A stretch of DNA of 61,311 nt, counting the filler, from Nemertoderma westbladi (lineage: Eukaryota > Animalia > Xenacoelomorpha): assembly GCA_032718475.1 (NCBI GenBank). It is 3 parts of 3 records of this genome, joined end to end, with 100 filler letters (N's around TTAATTAATTAA, not from the genome) between each part and the next. Parts side by side here need not be neighbours in the genome. Positions count along the whole stretch, not along the records: positions 53,494 to 61,311 come from JAUCBJ010000379.1; 2 more parts are not named here. One strand, 5' to 3'. The notes beneath the pieces are model-generated. The model saw only the letters and a list, made by a program, of their open reading frames with translations. It was not told the origin of the DNA and ran no database searches. Positions 59,207-61,311 of this stretch are shown piece by piece. A program made the position numbers and the translations under genes. How positions within the stretch are numbered: position 1 is the stretch's first letter; each line of letters starts with the position of its first letter.

Positions 59207-60369
59207 GACCTCGAAAACTCGAAATTTCTAAATCTGATTTTATATTCTGATTTCTAAATCTAATTCTGTAGTAATATAGCCGGGCCAGATAGCAGATAGG
59301 GTTAAACGTACCGGTACCGATAACTCGAGATTCACCTCAGATTCACCAATGGCTTTGTTGGTCGGGGTGGAACATGAGAGTAGCCTCAAACTCCAGAATC
59401 CCTCTCCCCCTCACAATCTGGCCTCCCTGGTGACCCAGGGTTTGGGACAGAAAGGTCATCAGGAAAGAGACTCAAAGAATTGTTTGCCGCTCTCTCTCCA
59501 GTAGGGGGTGAGACAGGCAGCCGGTCAGGAGATAACTGACGCCTGTGAGGCCGATTGTGTCCAGTCATTCCACTGGCCTCTAGTGGCTGGACCTCCGCAT
59601 TACTAATGTAATCCATAGTGGGGGTTTGGGGGTGCTTTTTTGCCGAGTCAGCTCTCGGGGCAAATACCACACCCTGGTTTGCCATTCCACAGGGTGGGTG
59701 TCGCAGTGTAGTCAGATATGAGGCCCATCACCCATATCTACTCTCGCGCACATGACCCACCATTGGCTGTGCAGCTCATCTGCTGAGTCATGCCCTGTAC
59801 CCTTGCTGCCAGGTGCAGGTCGCAGTGAAGTGCACTCAGAGTGGACATGAGAACACTCTACTCCTGACCAGCCATTGGTAGATCACCATCTGCCTGGCCA
59901 GGCCATATACCCCTGCAGCCAAGTATATGGGTCCTTAATCCAGGACCAGACCAAAGGACGCGTCCTTATCCCAGAACGAAGGGGGTCCTAGTTGCAGGAC
60001 CAGATTTGCCCTAGTAAGAGGGCGCTAGACATAATATGTCTAGCATTATAGCATTATTGTTTTTGGGGTTCTATCTAAGAGAAATAACTGGCCCACTAAA
60101 TTTAGGGGCTTTGCCGCAGCTTGGTGGGTCGTATCTATAGTAGGTCATGTGGCGCCTTCCGAGATAGAAGTCTGACGCTTTAACCATTCAGCTAGCGGCT
60201 CAGGTAAAAGATAGACCTGGAAATTATCTGATACCTTTTATTTATGTCCGCAATTTACCTCCTCATGGCCTCCCAACTGTCAATACCATCATGTGCTGCC
60301 ACTCACTCTGCTCAACCCTACAGTACTTGGCCGTCTTTTTCAGAGTTCAGAGGTAACCGTAGTAGTTAG

Positions 60370-60540
60370 AATATTTGCGTCATTGTGGCTGAAAAACAAA
60401 ATGGTGTCGTCTGCTAAAAGTGTGGTGTGTAGTTTTGTAGAATTCGGTATGTCGTTGTTTTAAATCAAAAATAAAATTGGATTGTGTATAGTCTCCTGTG
60501 GGGTTCCATCACACCCATTCTGATTTAATACCATCGATAG
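60370..60540 (-). mobile_element. CR1/L2-like RT relic
   Basis: Minus strand reads GTPQ..PILFLI*NNDIPN..LLADDTILFFS. Confidence 0.6.
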
Positions 60541-61311
60541 AGAGAGACGAAGTGTGATCTGTTATGTAGGCCGAGCTGCTATTGTCAAGTGTAATTGCTC
60601 CGTGATATGGTGAGAATAGCGTCTGTGGTCGTTATGTTTTCGGAAAACGTGTTGGCATGGAGATAATACGTAGATCGTATTTGTTAAGTAATGTGTTTGA
60701 TAATTACAGTATGCATCACATGATTATACAATATCTTAATTATTATATTGTTGTATGCACAAACAGTAGGCCACTTATTATCCTGGATGTTGAATAGGAT
60801 AGGAACCGTAGACTAGGTATTACCTCAACAACAGCACCGAGACGGGAACTTAGCGGCACCGCAGCGGTCCCGCAACGGTACCTACCGTTGGGTGTACTCC
60901 GGGTGGTGTAGTGCACCGCTGGATTACCGCTTCAAAACTGCTAGACTAACCATTGGGTCAAAACTACCTGTCAACAGGCAGTTTACCTCTCATGCACCGT
61001 TTGATGTGAATGGGCCATTAGCAACAAGTTCAGACATCAGCGGCTTAGAATTAAATTCATTGCCTTAAATTATTTTAACTTTTATCTCCCACTTACATCA
61101 CAGAAAATACTAAAAATTTAATTTATCGCGTCGAAATTTGTTCACTGAAACCTTAATTTAGTTTGGGTCAACCAGCTGGTAAACCAGAAATTTGAAGTTA
61201 AAAACTTGGGTATTAATGATGGAGGACAGAATGCATTGGTTGGTTGAGCACATCATTCCCGGAGAACTAATTTGCTTTTCATCATGTTCAAAAATATAAA
61301 TTTAAATTGAC

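Overview
Repeat-rich, AT-rich animal (probably invertebrate) genomic DNA. It falls into three pieces joined by synthetic 100-bp N/TTAATTAATTAA spacers (22906-23005, 53394-53493), so adjacency across them is unproven. Piece 1: a six-exon Helitron Rep (HUH) gene with an intact frame but no PIF1 helicase, two head-to-tail non-autonomous Helitrons carrying 146-bp repeats with CTCF-like motifs, a 4.6-kb Mutator-like element with a G-rich array, and an intronless Hippo/MST kinase cut by the gap. Piece 2: six Trio/Kalirin exons (spectrin end, DH1-PH1) with minisatellites built from splice signals (49 in-frame donor units; 47 branchpoint-acceptor units), a 6.3-kb 45-bp satellite, DNA-transposon derivatives, a 2215-bp tandem duplication holding a tRNA-derived SINE, and an RTE-type LINE with a 190-bp target duplication. 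Piece 3: an intronless nicotinic-type pentameric channel lacking both Cys-loop cysteines, plus LINE fragments. Most notable: the splice-site arrays in Trio, the Cys-less channel, the Helitron-borne CTCF-like arrays and the Tc1-type excision footprints. Family assignments are from motif recognition; no searches were run.
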